A model generated the notes under the pieces. It was not told the DNA's origin. It searched no databases and saw nothing but the letters and a program-made list of their open reading frames with translations. This document shows positions 1-14,915 of a DNA stretch of 64,000 bases, one piece after another; the first letter of the stretch is position 1; every line of letters begins with the position of its first letter. The DNA is taken from the NCBI GenBank assembly GCA_964016885.1, contig OZ024742.1, positions 134,664,001 through 134,728,000 of the forward strand, read 5' to 3'. Position numbers and translations under genes: made by a program. This DNA comes from Eledone cirrhosa (Eukaryota).

Positions 1-34
<34 letters not shown>

Positions 35-589
35 TGTGTATGTATGCGTGTGTGTGTATATGATTGATATCGCTTAATCTGTATTAACAATAGACCACGT
101 TTGAGTGAATTGCGAAATCAGTTGAGAAAGTAATAGTTCCTTAACAACAATTTGTACATGTCAGAAGCCTTACTCTTTTGGGTCGCCAGGCACATTAATC
201 ACAACAAGACTGTCATCGTCATACATTACTCTCTTAATGACTTTATTCCATTTCTAGAAGGAATGTCATTATGATATGGATAGAAGAGACATGAAATTGC
301 TAAGCAGGTAAGAAACAGGTGGGTTGGTAAGTCTTTAGAGATAGTTATCATAATATTTTGAATCATTTATCATTGTTTGAAATTCTGGTGAGTCGCAGGG
401 GCTAAGTGGATAAGGTGCTGACCTCAGCTTAACTAAATAGTTCGTAGTCTTTACTCTATCTTCTACCAATAAGTTTCTTGGCATAGCTGTTTTGCTAGGG
501 AATATGTCGTATGCCCCGAATAGAGATACGGCTACCATATATGATGGTTAGTTGTGATATAAGTGGGCAGCTTCCGGAAGAATAAGCAG

Positions 590-1841
590 CCCCGGAACAA
601 CAACAGTAAACTATTGGGGGAATTGGAGCAATATGTGACACATGTAGCTCCAAGAAAACTCTCAAAATCCTGTGAGGTAGTTATGACGAGGCATGTCAGG
701 GACGCTTAGATCACTAAGAAAGTTAAAAGGCTCAAATGTTGCGCGCCCGCTTTGTATGACACCTTAAAAGCTTAAATAGAGAATGTATTCTCTGCTTGAT
801 TTGCGTGTGCCGGGTGGCCTGGACTTTTTGGAAAGGTACTTAAGCATTGGCAAATGTGACTAATAATCCCAAGCTTAAAAAGAGAGACTAATGTGATTGA
901 TCCAGTTGCAGATGAAACTGTTTGTTAAGATTTCAGGTAAATACTATGATAAATACCTGACAGGAAGATTGTCGCATCCAAGCTAGCTGATGAGCAGCAC
1001 GGTTTTCGTCCTGTAGGCAGTACAAGAGATTAAATATTAACACTGTGGCAGGTCTTAGAGAAATCGTAGGAGTATTTTCAAGAGGTATATTCTTGTTTTG
1101 TAAACGTCGAAAATGTATATATCCGCATTCCTTGGGATCTAATGTGGAATGTTCTGTGGAAATATGAAGTCGATTGTCAGCTTCTTTTTGAACGGATGTC
1201 TCTATTCCAATCCCCGTCTACTGTATTCGAATATGTGGTGCTAAAGCGAAACCATTCAATGTAGTAATCGGACTACGCCAAGGCTGTATACTGCCATCTC
1301 TCCCGTTCATTATTTTCATGAAGAAGATTGATAAATGTAGCCGGGTTGGAAGTGTAATCACGATGAGCCTGTTTAATAACAGTCGGTTGGAATTTGCAAA
1401 TGATATGGTGGTACATAAATCGACATATAGAGATCTCTTATTTGCACTTCATAGGTGTTATTCGGAAGAGTGCGTAGCGCGGTGTTCAGAGAGTCACTCC
1501 AGGAATAGCTGCTACTTCTCCGAACCAAGAGTTCAAAGCTCCGATATAATATGCATCTCGATAGAATGTCCAAGGAAAATGTCGCTGAACCGACTTTACG
1601 GGCAAAAACAAATCGACGGGAGACCTAGATGTAGACCCGAGTAAGATGATTTGATAACATCCATGAGCGCAGCTGGTCTCACTTGGGGATACAGCTGGAA
1701 CAGTTGGCGAGAGTTGCTTCTGACAGGACTTGCTAGGAGGATTGTTTGAGGACACTGAGAACATGACCCTCTCCAAAAGAAGAAGAAGAAGAAGAAGAAG
1801 AAGAAGAAGAAGAAGAAGAAGAAGAAGAAGAAGAAGAAGAA
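590..1841 (+). mobile_element. Decayed, 5'-truncated RTE-clade LINE with (GAA)n tail
   Basis: Stop-riddled RT motifs: KLADEQHGFRPVGSTRD (~980-1030), GLRQGCILPSLPFIIFM (~1270-1320), LEFANDMVV (ORF 1318-1644). 3' end runs into (GAA)n at ~1777-1841. The 5' boundary is approximate. Confidence 0.8.
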
Positions 1842-2321
1842 GATCAGTAAAGAGAAAAGGATTACATGTCAGATACAATATATATGTATGTGTATATGTG
1901 AGTGAGGGAGAGATAGATAATTGTAGGTGTGCTTTTGCATCTGCGTGTTTGTCGAGTTTATTCCTTACGTATATATATAAAGGCCCGTCTTCATCGGATA
2001 GCATTTTTGAGAGGGAGTTAGAGAGAGTTGAATATATATATATATATATATATATACAGGGAAACTTCTCCATGGTCCTCAGTGTTCATCACTCAACAGT
2101 GGATAGGAGCAAGTAGTGTAGGTAACACGGTGAAATACTGGTGCTGGTAACAAAAGCAAGCACTCTGTGCAGAATTGATATAAAAGAAAATACGAGGAAG
2201 TTTCGTTTACATATGAAACATATTTAATACGTATCGACCTGTTACGCACGTTTTGCAGAGGATTGGCTCAAGGTGACCCATAGTGGTTTTGGAACCGACT
2301 TCAGTATCGATCTGCACCTAG

Positions 2322-2381
<60 letters not shown>

Positions 2382-2401
2382 CTCTCTCTCTCTCTGTATA
2401 T

Positions 2402-2483
<82 letters not shown>

Positions 2484-3606
2484 GAATAAACAAAAGAGAT
2501 GAACACTAATATAAACATAGATGTTTTCGAATCGTACGGACTAGGTTAGCTTGGGTGAAAAAATACTAACTACAGCAATATGGTTTGTCAGACTTAATTT
2601 TAAGTAGTAAATTAAGAAAAATAACAGACCTATATCAGGCAAACGCCTGTAACAACTAGACAGCTTTGAAAACTGTTCGCAACATCTTATTAAGTGAAGA
2701 CAACACGTTTTCATATCGCACACATTTCAATCTTCTAATATTTTTAGATGTGGAAGGATCGCTAATTTCTACTACTGAGGATATCATGGATATGAAGTAG
2801 ACACAGGAAGGTTGCCTCTCTGAGAGGATATTTCGCCCCACATAAGCGCATGGCTCTTTTGTATGAAACCGGTTTCTATTTCATTTGATTATAAACATAT
2901 TTTTTGTTTATTCCCATGCTCATGTACTTTCAAAATATGTCAGTACAACAATAAGGGTTCACCGAAAATACAAAGATACATGTTGAAATATGCGGTCATA
3001 TTTTTGGCTAGGAAAGTTGCTAGCACGTTTGTACTTATTTGAATTAGTGTTTTTGCAGCTTTTGCTGTTGCGGTTGTAGTAGTTGTTGTTCTTCTTATGA
3101 TTGTTTACAACATTTGTAGACAGTGTGTTGAAACAGGTATTTTTGGCCGACAAAATAATACAGCTTTATTATTTTTATTTTGTTTTAAATATTTTTGTAT
3201 TATTCCTCATGTTCAATATTAATATCTTGCTGTGCAATTAAATTACTATTCTTGGTTTTGATTGTTATCTGTTAGTGAAATGTGTAGTAACTTTTCTATT
3301 TGGGGAGGCGTAGCTCGGAATGTTTGTAGTCATTTTTATATTTTTTTATGTAAACGAGAAAAGAGAAATAAAGTTTGTCTAACAAAATGTATAAATGAGT
3401 AACGAAAATAAAATAAATATTCTTATTTGCCAAGTTAACAGTATGACTAGGAATTCAGATTTTCTGCAGCTATCTCTATGCACACAGTCGTAATATATTA
3501 CTATTATACCCGCTAGTAAAAAGCATTCGCTTTAGTGAGCGTATACTAAGTGTTCTGTCTAAATCAAAAGCGAATATTTTTTCGATTTATATTTTAAATA
3601 TTAATG

Positions 3607-3625
3607 ATAGTAGTAGTAGTAGTAA

Positions 3626-3692
<67 letters not shown>

Positions 3693-3705
3693 GGTGGTGG
3701 TGGTG

Positions 3706-3764
<59 letters not shown>

Positions 3765-3765
3765 T
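3607..3765. repeat. (GTA)n/(GTG)n trinucleotide microsatellite
   Basis: Directly visible; explains the poly-V and poly-Y/H ORFs. Confidence 0.95.
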
Positions 3766-5225
3766 CTTATTGTTGTTGGTGGTGTTGTTGGGGTAATAGT
3801 AGTTCAAACAATAATAAGAAACGAAGAAAACTAATAAAATTAAAACGTAATTTTGATGATGATAATAATGGGGGATGTAAAAAATATTTAAATACCAATA
3901 TTTACAATATACTAATGGCGATAATAACAATATTTGAAATAATGAATAAAATTAATTGTAGAAATGCAACAGCTGTAAGCAACAGGCGTTTCTAGACTAT
4001 AAATTAGTCTGCAAAAGTAAATATGTATGTACGAATATATATAAATATATATTTATATGATAGATGTCTTGTTATCTCAAACTAAATTTGGTGCCTGTTA
4101 TTTCAATCGATTAATTTCAATTATTCTAGTTTCAGTTTTACCATTCAAGCTATCACAACAGCATATATACATATACGCATCAAAACAAATATACACACTC
4201 ACACAAACATGCGCAATCACACATTACGTATATATGCGTGAGTGTGTGTATTCAGACGGAGAAAGCGAAGTTACGTATTGGGTTTTTTATTGTAGGCTTT
4301 GTTAAGTACGTTTCACAGCTGTGTGGCTCAAGATCCATATTTGACATGGATCCAACTCCATTCTCAATCTGCTCCTTAAATTTGTTAATCAAACAAAACC
4401 AGAATCGGTTGAGCTTAAGCAATACAATCCTCAATGTAAACCACGTTTTGTTTGTCTTAATCTATGCACTTTGATAGAGGGTAGAGTGCCAATATTTGTA
4501 TCTTCGTTAATAAAGTAATAAAAACAATGAGTCTTTTATGTTACGTTTTTGTGGATACAAGCATATGCCAATGTATGTGTGTTTGTGTGTGTATGTATGT
4601 AGGTAGGTAGGTATGTACGTATGTGTGTATGGGTATATGTACATATGCATGCATCTGTGGATAAATAAATGATACTATTTATATAACATTCCTCTGTTAT
4701 TCTCAATATTTGACTATATTTTCTACCCTGCGCTCCAAGTGACATTGTTTTACGACCGAGACGACAAGTTTACAGGCTGTGAAAAGTTTAGAGATATAGG
4801 TCTCACGAGCGACAGGGTCTTCCAACGGCTAGGTACTTGTCTTCAATACGTTCGAGGCCAGCAGACTTCAATTGTGATGGAAAACAACTTTGTCAAGTTT
4901 CCTTCAACTTATTTCATTTAAAGCGTGTGCCGAAGTAACCGACCTGCACTCTGCCGAAAAAAATTGTGTATTTAGTACAAACTCTCTGTCCATGTAGACC
5001 AAAGTACTGGGCTCGTGTCTCACAACCAAACGTCGATTCGTGAATCATTTCGGTACATTTTTATCAAACTAAACCCAGGAGATTTGTGCACCAGAATCAG
5101 ATTGAAGTGAGATCGATGTCTAAACAGTTATTACAGATTCTAATAATTAGCAAATTACATATAATTATCAAATTTAATATTTTTATTTCATATAACATCC
5201 GTAATTTTCGACGAGTACTATGGTA

Positions 5226-5269
<44 letters not shown>

Positions 5270-5592
5270 GTAGAGGTTATATTTAACTTGTTGGGATACA
5301 ACAAGCAAAATATTTTTATAACTGATTAAAAGCACTCAACAATTATTGGAGTAAATATACGATATATTAGCAAATGGAAACTATATTTATAAAAGCATAT
5401 TTATTTCATCATACATATTTCAAGGGCCACCAATGGTTGCATTTTTTCAGGGTATGTCAATATTTATTTATAACACTAATCTATATTATATTTTATCCGA
5501 TGAAAGTGCACCATAATTTGCCTTGGTGGCCCTTGAAATATGTATAATGAAATAAATATGGTTTTATAAATATAGTTTCCATTTGTTAATAT

Positions 5593-5600
<8 letters not shown>
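5270..5600. mobile_element. Small inverted-repeat PLE terminal (pLTR) remnant between (TA)n tracts
   Basis: ~80 bp arms (~5356-5433 and ~5523-5600) in inverted orientation, each carrying the 3' half of an HHR-like motif (CCCTT GAAA TATGTA T). Flanked on both sides by (TA)n. Confidence 0.6.
5491..5552 (+). ncRNA. Type I hammerhead ribozyme-like motif (U4C core variant)
   Basis: TTTTAT-CCGATGA-AAGTGCACCA...TGGTGGCCCTT-GAAA-TATGTA-T-A-ATGAAA. Stem I TTTTAT/ATGAAA; near-palindromic stem III; AUA cleavage triplet. Confidence 0.55.
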
Positions 5601-5663
<63 letters not shown>

Positions 5664-6081
5664 GGCGGGGGTATGTAGGTGTAGGGGTGGGGGATTGCGC
5701 GTGTCATTGTTTTGTAATGTTTTGGGTTTTTGAACAATAGCCATCTAACCTTTCGTTGACCAGATGTCACTGTGTAAATTATATTTGTCCAAAGTGTCAT
5801 TTGGATTTCAGAAAAACTTTACATCGAGGTCATACAAGAGCAGACGATTTAGATTTTTCTGTATACATTTGAAATATTTACATTAATCAAAACCACTTCC
5901 AACTAGGGAGTTTGTTTCTCGAATCTTTACCGTTCACCAATACATTTCCACCCAAACACTATCAACAGTAACGCCGAAATTCTTTCATTGAGGACGATTG
6001 TTATATTTCAGTGTTGGCTATCTGGAACGTTATTAGTCGATAGATATTACTTGTAACGGGCTCCCGATGCTTCGTTTATGT

Positions 6082-6199
6082 CCGAATAATTATGATCACC
6101 CCGAATAAATATGATCACCACGAATAGATATGATCTCCCCGAATAATTATGATTATCCCGAATAATTATGATCATCCCGAATAATCATGAACATCCCGA
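6082..6199. repeat. 19-bp minisatellite (CCGAATAATTATGATCACC-like), about 6 copies
   Basis: Directly visible head-to-tail repeats with no spacers. Confidence 0.9.
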
Positions 6200-6704
6200 T
6201 GTCATTTGTAAACTTGGAATACATTATCTAAAATTGTGTTACCGATGATATTTTATTTAACGATTAATTTAATTTAGGTTTTTGTGAGATTTGATTTGTA
6301 TTTCTAGCCGATTATTTGACTTTTCTTTGCTTTATTTTTAAATAGCAAACAATGTATGAGCATTGCTTGTGGTGGTGATATTGATGTGTGTGGTGAAATA
6401 GATGACGATCAATATGGTGATTTGTGTTGCATAAATTTATACCGTTTTTGCTTTTTGTCTTTAATTTTAAAACATTGATATCTCTGATAATAAATGTTTT
6501 GCTGAACGAAATTTAATGTTTTGGTGTAAGACATATAATAGGTTGCAAATTTCGATGTTATAATTGACCTTGGTGAGGAATTCCTTATGACGATGATAAT
6601 ATGATGATTGCTTTGTTCAGTTTACGGTTGCGCTGTTTTAGAAAATATGTGTATATATACATATCTGGCAACATTATTACAACAATATGACCGTCCCCAA
6701 GAAT

Positions 6705-6773
<69 letters not shown>

Positions 6774-6779
6774 ACTCAA

Positions 6780-8920
6780 ATCATTCCGTTCTTAACCAAG
6801 GAGTTTTTAAAAATATTTTTACTGATGTAGAGTGTTTATAAAATACATTTACCTTCTATTTCTAGTAGGTAGAGGGGCAACATAAATTCGCCCATACTAT
6901 TAATGTTGCTTGTTGCGGAGTTAGTCGTGATGGTAGTCCTGTTCGTGGTATTAGTTCACATAATAGCTAAGGCGTACAATAGTAAGTCTTATCTCAGCAA
7001 GTTGAGTACATAAGCGTCATTTCAATGTCCAGAGGAAATTTCACTGCTTAACTTCGTTTAATCTGTTAACGCAATTGGTAAAGGTATGTTAGTCACACTT
7101 TCCATTTCCAATTTGTTTAACATCTTGGACCTTTGTGTATATTTAACAATAAATTCATTATTCATTGCTACTACAATTGTTTGATGCTGTGCTATGGCAC
7201 ATGATCATGTCTCTTTCAGAGAATGTGCTTGTCGTAATGCTGACTTTAGTGTTTTAGTGGTTTTACTATAAGTGACGCTATTTGTAATGAATGGATCAGT
7301 TGGTGTTAATGTTGTCAATTGGGATTAGAAGAGATGGTATTAGACGTAATATTGTTGATAGAAGTAGGAGGTATGTTCTTCTTATTGTTTGTTTTAATGC
7401 TATTTGTTTTTGTTCATGGTCGCATGGATGATGACTACAGCAGTGAATTGAAAATTATTTTGGTGTTAATAATGTTATTGATAAGGCTTGTGGGAGTGAT
7501 GAAATGTGATGAATTTCATGTTAGTTTAAGTGATGTGCTAACGATGTCCGTAATAGTTTTGACAATGACGGTTAAAATAGTACTCTGCTGTAAAGAAGAG
7601 TGAATTGTTGGTAGGTGCTTTTGGTACTGGTCCTATCTTATATCACCATAGTTAATATTAATTTATTCGTTTTACACATTTCCATACATGTAAAATCAGT
7701 TACATTATCAATATTATAATTATGTTGTATTAATGTCGTTGATGTTATTGTTATTTTTTTGTATAGGATTGGGTCAAATCTAATCTAACATTCTTTCCAT
7801 GTTTATGAGAAAAAAAAGAGAAAAAGGAGAAATAATGTATGCAATTGTAATTACAGTGAAAATGGAAAGGGGATGTTACGGTGGATGGTACTTTGTGAAA
7901 GTTCTTATAGTTTGATGAGGGCAGTGAAAATCCTGCCCTGTCTTGTATTTAAGACATTCTTACCGATCGTGATTTCTTATACTTCAGTGCCACAAAGCTC
8001 GCGTGTTTGCCTTTTCTGTTGAAAAAGTCTGTCGAAATTGAAAACGACGTCGATAGTTCAAATCCTTAATATTTCCGTACGTTTTTATACGTCCCCAATT
8101 CCGATTTAATTTCTCTCTCGTACACAAGATTTGTAAACATTCACTTACAAGGACATTCATTGGGTTGTGTACATTGACAGTTTCCTCCTGGTTTTTGCGG
8201 TAGAGGTAGAGATGTGAGTAGGATGAGAAAGTTTCCTTGTGCTGTTACTCATTGTGGTTATTTCGGAAAATAATTGTTCCTTTCCGGTGATAACTTACCA
8301 AGTGCAGGTGGGTATTTTATAATATAGTCGTGGTGACGTTTGTTGTTCAGTTCAGTTACAAAACGTCCTTGGTTTTCTGTAGTAAAGAAGGAAAATCGAA
8401 TTGTTTTATTATGTAGGATCTTATGATATCTATGCACGATGGGGAAATTCTTATCAATTAACCTAAAGAAGAGAATTGAAAGTTTTGTACTAAGTAGATT
8501 ATTATGTGGGGGATTATACCACAGGTAGGATATATATCGGGAGTTTTTAGGTTTTGGTTAAGCGAGAGATTCAATTTGAATGATATTAGTATTCTCATCG
8601 ATTAGGGGTTCCGAAAATGCATTCACAAAGTCCATTCAAGTTGTATGCATGTGTATAGCTTTCGTCCTGGAATTAAATAGCTTCCTCGTAGAGTAAATAT
8701 CAGTATGCATATCGGTTGTGCTAGGATTTAATCTGACTCCGTCCACATATCCAGCCTTTCGGAATTCAGTCGTGTAATATTTCTCGTGTGTAATACATAT
8801 TATTTCAGAGGTGGATAACCCTGAGATCCTAAGAGTGACGTTATTAAATATTTTTTTGTTTTGCATAGTCACTTTACACTAACGTGAGTTACCCTATATA
8901 AATGGATATTGTTATTTCCT
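6780..8920 (-). mobile_element. Decayed 5'-truncated Naiad-type Penelope-like element
   Basis: Minus-strand remnants: KIFNNVTLRISGLSTSE (compare KNLVRNVSLRLSRLSTNE at 32.2 kb), TKLSILFFRLIDKNFPIVHRYHKILHNKTIRFSF, and the linker CQCTQPNECP. Bounded by (TA)n tracts. Confidence 0.6.
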
Positions 8921-8922
8921 CT

Positions 8923-10783
<1,861 letters not shown>

Positions 10784-12172
10784 GCATAGTAGTTGATACT
10801 TGAGATAGTTGATTGGAACTCTATTAGGGAGAGTCGGAGCCCAATGGATGATCCCTCGCCGTTTCGGCAGCTAATTTAGCTGTGGAAACAACAATAGCTA
10901 AGGAGTCGGGCCCCGACTCTGTCTAATATATATATAACTAAATTGTTTCTTAGTCATTAACCTGCGGCCCACTTTTTAACCCAATTACTTCGAAAACTTC
11001 TTGTGCGTCATTGTATTGACATACATGCCTCTCGTTATTTGCAACTACCCAGCCGATCAACCTAAATTAAACAGATATACTTCCCCTCTTATAATACATG
11101 GATTAGTCAAACTTTCTACATCTTGATCCATATGTTTGCACCAAAAAAATGTACACTGAACCTGTACGGGAATTCTGGGACAGTAGAATTCCTACAAAAT
11201 AATACATTTTCTATATAAGCGCGCACATGATCTACCTTCATTAACATGCATTCATTCTGTATGTACCAACGGGCTATACAACTCTTACTAAATTACCTGA
11301 TATCTGCGTCAAATATAAATGTCTTCGATTATAATATACACAGGAATACGGGGAAACGAAACACATCTGAGTGTTGTGGAATTAATATTTGCCAACAAAA
11401 CAAATAATTATCTTTGTAATACAATTTAATATATTTATATATGTATATTTCTTTTTTCTTGTCAGATTCTATACGTATCTGTAAATGTTTCATCAAATTA
11501 TTTACGTCAGAAACATGTAATATCTTGTGGAATATGTAATACGCCTTTAGTTCCAAGTCACACACGAAATACATGACGAAACTCTAACATAATGCACCCG
11601 TAATTTCATGTATTTGACATCTTGCCTATTTTGGGAGAAACATATATATTAATTTTTCTCTGATAACCAGATATTATATTATTGATATTTATCACAATTT
11701 TTAGATAAATTAATCATTAAATAATGCACTAGTTTATGCAAATTATGTTGAAACCTACCTTGATATGCATCTTCTATATGCGCAGTATTGTTCCTTTAAT
11801 GGCTACCTAGTATATTGTTAAACATCAGCATATCTTGTTTTTTATCCTTGTCTGCTATAGAACAATTTTAATTTTCATCTATGTTTCTAAAAGTACTTTA
11901 CCTCTAGTCTACAACAGTTGTTCTTCTCTAGTCTTCAACTGCATTAACACATTGTACTTAAACATATCACACAAGCAGCTCAACAATTTATACAAAGCCT
12001 GAATGACCGAAATACATCAGTAACGCATTAGTTTAATATTTAATTTTTACGTATGTGGATTTGACACATAAATCTATTACAAATGCTGACCCGTACCATA
12101 TTTTTTATTCATATAAGAAAATACATGCTGAGATTATCTAATGTAATGGCATTAATATGAATACATGCACAT

Positions 12173-12359
12173 GGGCGGTGGATTGGCAGTATCGGTAGAG
12201 GGTCGGACGCCATGCTTTGACGTATAGAGTTACGGCCCTTGCCATTCTGAGTTCAAATCCCGCCGAGGTTAACTTTGCCTTTCATCCTTACGGGGTCGAT
12301 AAAATAAAGTACCAGTAATGCACTGGGTAATTGCTGGCCTTGTGCCAAAAGTAGAAACA
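12173..12359 (+). mobile_element. tRNA-derived SINE (Meta/MESC-like central domain), full length with 22-bp TSD
   Basis: A-box-like TGGCAGTATCGG, B-box GAGTTCAAATCC, core GCCTTTCATCCTTACGGGGTCGATAAAATAAAGTACCAG. TSD ATTAATATGAATACATGCACAT at 12151-12172 and 12360-12381. Confidence 0.9.
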
Positions 12360-13425
12360 ATTAATATGAATACATGCACATATCTCAAGCAGTGTTAGGA
12401 CAAAATCTAGCCGATTGTCAAACCCTACAGTATATTTCAAAACCATTTGTTAAAATAAAAGTTCTCTGATTATAATTTCAATACTTGATTCTTTGTACTG
12501 GCTAGTCATTTTCTGACGTATTCGAAGCCCGATGGAGACACCGATATGTCATCCGTCACTTGTTTACCTTGGTATCAGGTGACATTTACAGTTTCTTAAA
12601 CATTCCAGCAGAGAAATGCGTAATTACTGATATTCAGCTCATAGGAACGTTTACCTAGATGAGAGCACGTTAAATGCCAGGAATACTGTGTCAGACTATC
12701 ACAAGTATATCCAACTAATATTCTCAATTTAAAATTATACTTTAGAATCAATGAATCATATATTATGGAAAAGATATCGCATGACGAACGCTGATAAGAA
12801 AGTAGTCAGGACACATAACCTTCCTTCCTCTATTACGTTCTGAGCTCATGATTGATTAGCGGGGGCACTGACATGACAAAGGGCACTTAAAGCTAGTGGG
12901 GCTCATTCTTTTCCAGGTAAGATCACAACCGATAGTTTATAGAGGGATACAATAAGAATAAGTGAGGAGGTTGCACGAAAATGGAGGAGATTTATGCACA
13001 TATAGAGAGTAAAATCATTTTTAGTACTGAACTGGTTGTAATCATTTATCGAACACATATCGTGTAAGTGTAGGGAGAGGTTGAGATAGAGAGAGTGAGG
13101 GGGGCTTAATTTATGGATATTATGTATTGATTTCTCCTAATAATTTGTATATATGTACATCACTATATTTATGTCTATATGCTTAAGCGTGTGTAAACTT
13201 GCAGACGTGTGTGTGTGCATGCGCGTGCGTGTGTGTGTCTGCGTGCGTATGTATTCGGCAAACCAGGGAACTCCACCAAGCAATTGATAATAGTTTTATT
13301 ACTTCGGCTGGCAACTAAACAATTATTTCAGGGACGTTGTGCTTTTTAATGTGTTTTCTCTGTTGGCTCATATTTGCATAATCTTGGGTGATTTGTAAAA
13401 TATTTCGCCTCGCATATTCTTTTAT

Positions 13426-13612
13426 GGGCGGTGGATTGGCAGTATCGGTAGAGGGTCGGACGCCATGCTTTGACGCATAGAGTTACGGCCCTTGCCATTC
13501 TGAGTTCAAATCCCGCCGAAGTTAACTTTGCCTTTCATCCTTACGGGGTCGATAAAATAAAGTACCAGTAATGTACTGGGCAATTGCTGGCCTTGTGCCA
13601 ATAGTAGAAACA
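13426..13612 (+). mobile_element. Same SINE family, full length
   Basis: Near-identical to 12173-12359. Confidence 0.9.
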
Positions 13613-13727
13613 ATTATTTATGCTTTTAGCAAAATACTGTTTAACTATAAATTTTAAATAATGGGGAAAAAAAATACGAAGACAAAATTGGTAGAACAAT
13701 TAAAGATATGTATCTTTTTATATATGC

Positions 13728-13765
<38 letters not shown>

Positions 13766-13834
13766 GTAAGTATGTATACGTACATACATATATGTATACA
13801 GACGTACAGTAGTATGAATATATATACATGCATG

Positions 13835-13905
<71 letters not shown>

Positions 13906-14012
13906 GTAAGGGTTTACCGAATGTTTATTATAATGTTCGGTTTGTTTGTAAACTATCAGCCGGAATTACGCCGTACAGTGTTCGGCACCCATCGTCGCCT
14001 TTTTGTTAAACA

Positions 14013-14081
14013 CTGACACAGGAACGATGTACTAGTTTCAAGCTTATTAACTATCGTCTGCATCGTATACCTTCCTGTCAG
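14013..14081 (-). ncRNA. Type I hammerhead ribozyme, unit 1 (CAGACGA variant)
   Basis: Minus strand: CTGACAGGAA-GGTATA-CGATG-CAGACGA-TAGTTAATAAGCTT-GAAA-CTAGT-A-CATCG-TTCCTGTGTCAG. Confidence 0.7.
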
Positions 14082-14413
14082 ATAATTGAACATTTGTAAG
14101 TATATACTTTCCTTATGCATAGTTAGTCGGCCGGGCGTACCGAAAACGATAAGTGGAAGAGAATGAAACGAAATTTTATTTATCACTCTTAGTAGGGGTA
14201 ATACTTAAATGTAAGTATGTATACGTACATACATATATGTATACAGACGTACGGTAGTATGTATATATATATATATATACATACATGCACACATATGTAT
14301 ATGTACGTATGGGTTTACCGAACATTCATTATAATGTTCGGTTTGTTTGTAAACAAACAGCCCGAATTACGCCGTACAGTATTCGGCAACCATCGTCGCC
14401 TTTTTGTTCAAAA

Positions 14414-14482
14414 CTGAGACAGGAACGATGTACTAGTTTCAAGCTTATTAGCTATCGTCAGCATCGTATACCTTCATGTCAG
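14414..14482 (-). ncRNA. Type I hammerhead ribozyme, unit 2 (intact CUGACGA core)
   Basis: Minus strand: CGATG-CTGACGA-T-AGCT-AATA-AGCT-T-GAAA-CTAG-T-A-CATCG. Stem I CGATG/CATCG extended past a GGTATA bulge; palindromic stem III ACTAGT; GUA cleavage predicted between 14431 and 14430. Confidence 0.88.
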
Positions 14483-14846
14483 ATGATTGAAGGTTTGAAA
14501 GTATATGCTTTCCTTATGCATATTAACGGCTGAGCAGCCTAATTTGCATATCGAGTGAGTTAGTCGGCCGGGCTTACCGAAAACGATAAATGGAAAAGAA
14601 TGAAACGGAATTTCTTTTCTCACTCTTAGTACGGCTGTTACTAAAATGTAAGTATGTATACGTACATATATGTATACAGACGTAAGGCAGTATGTATATA
14701 TATGTATATATACATACATGCACACATATACATATGTACGTATGGGTTTACCGAATATTTATTATAATGTTCGAGTTGTTTTTAAACAAACAGTCCGAAT
14801 TACGCCGTACAGTGTTCGGCACCCATCGTCGCCTTTTTGTTAAACA

Positions 14847-14915
14847 CTGACACAGGAACGATGTACTAGTTTCGAGCTTATTAGCTATCTTCTTCATCGT
14901 ATACCTTCCTGTCAG
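14847..14915 (-). ncRNA. Type I hammerhead ribozyme, unit 3 (core decayed to AAGAAGA)
   Basis: Minus strand: CGATG-AAGAAGA-TAGCTAATAAGCTC-GAAA-CTAGT-A-CATCG. Stems intact, C3/U4 mutated. Confidence 0.65.

Noticed and set aside
335-538. ORF with PCDSP motif, possibly a PLE linker relic
   Set aside because: Similarity too weak to support by eye; would need a translated HMM search.
987-1000. CTGATGA hammerhead-like core
   Set aside because: Lies in RTE RT coding sequence (ADE codons) with no stem II, GAAA or stem III. Other isolated CTGANGA hits (~17063, 21338, 28648, 37969, 53818, 54159) were rejected for the same lack of a complete fold.
3503-3560. DINE-1/Helentron-like 5' end (TTATACCCG...GCGTATAC)
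   Set aside because: Only a short resemblance; no matching subterminal repeat or 3' hairpin found.
6082-6199. Short repeats resembling a CRISPR array
   Set aside because: Contiguous 19-bp tandem units without unique spacers, eukaryotic context, no cas genes.
12173-12270. tRNA gene (A and B boxes)
   Set aside because: No cloverleaf. It is the head of a multi-copy SINE with TSDs.
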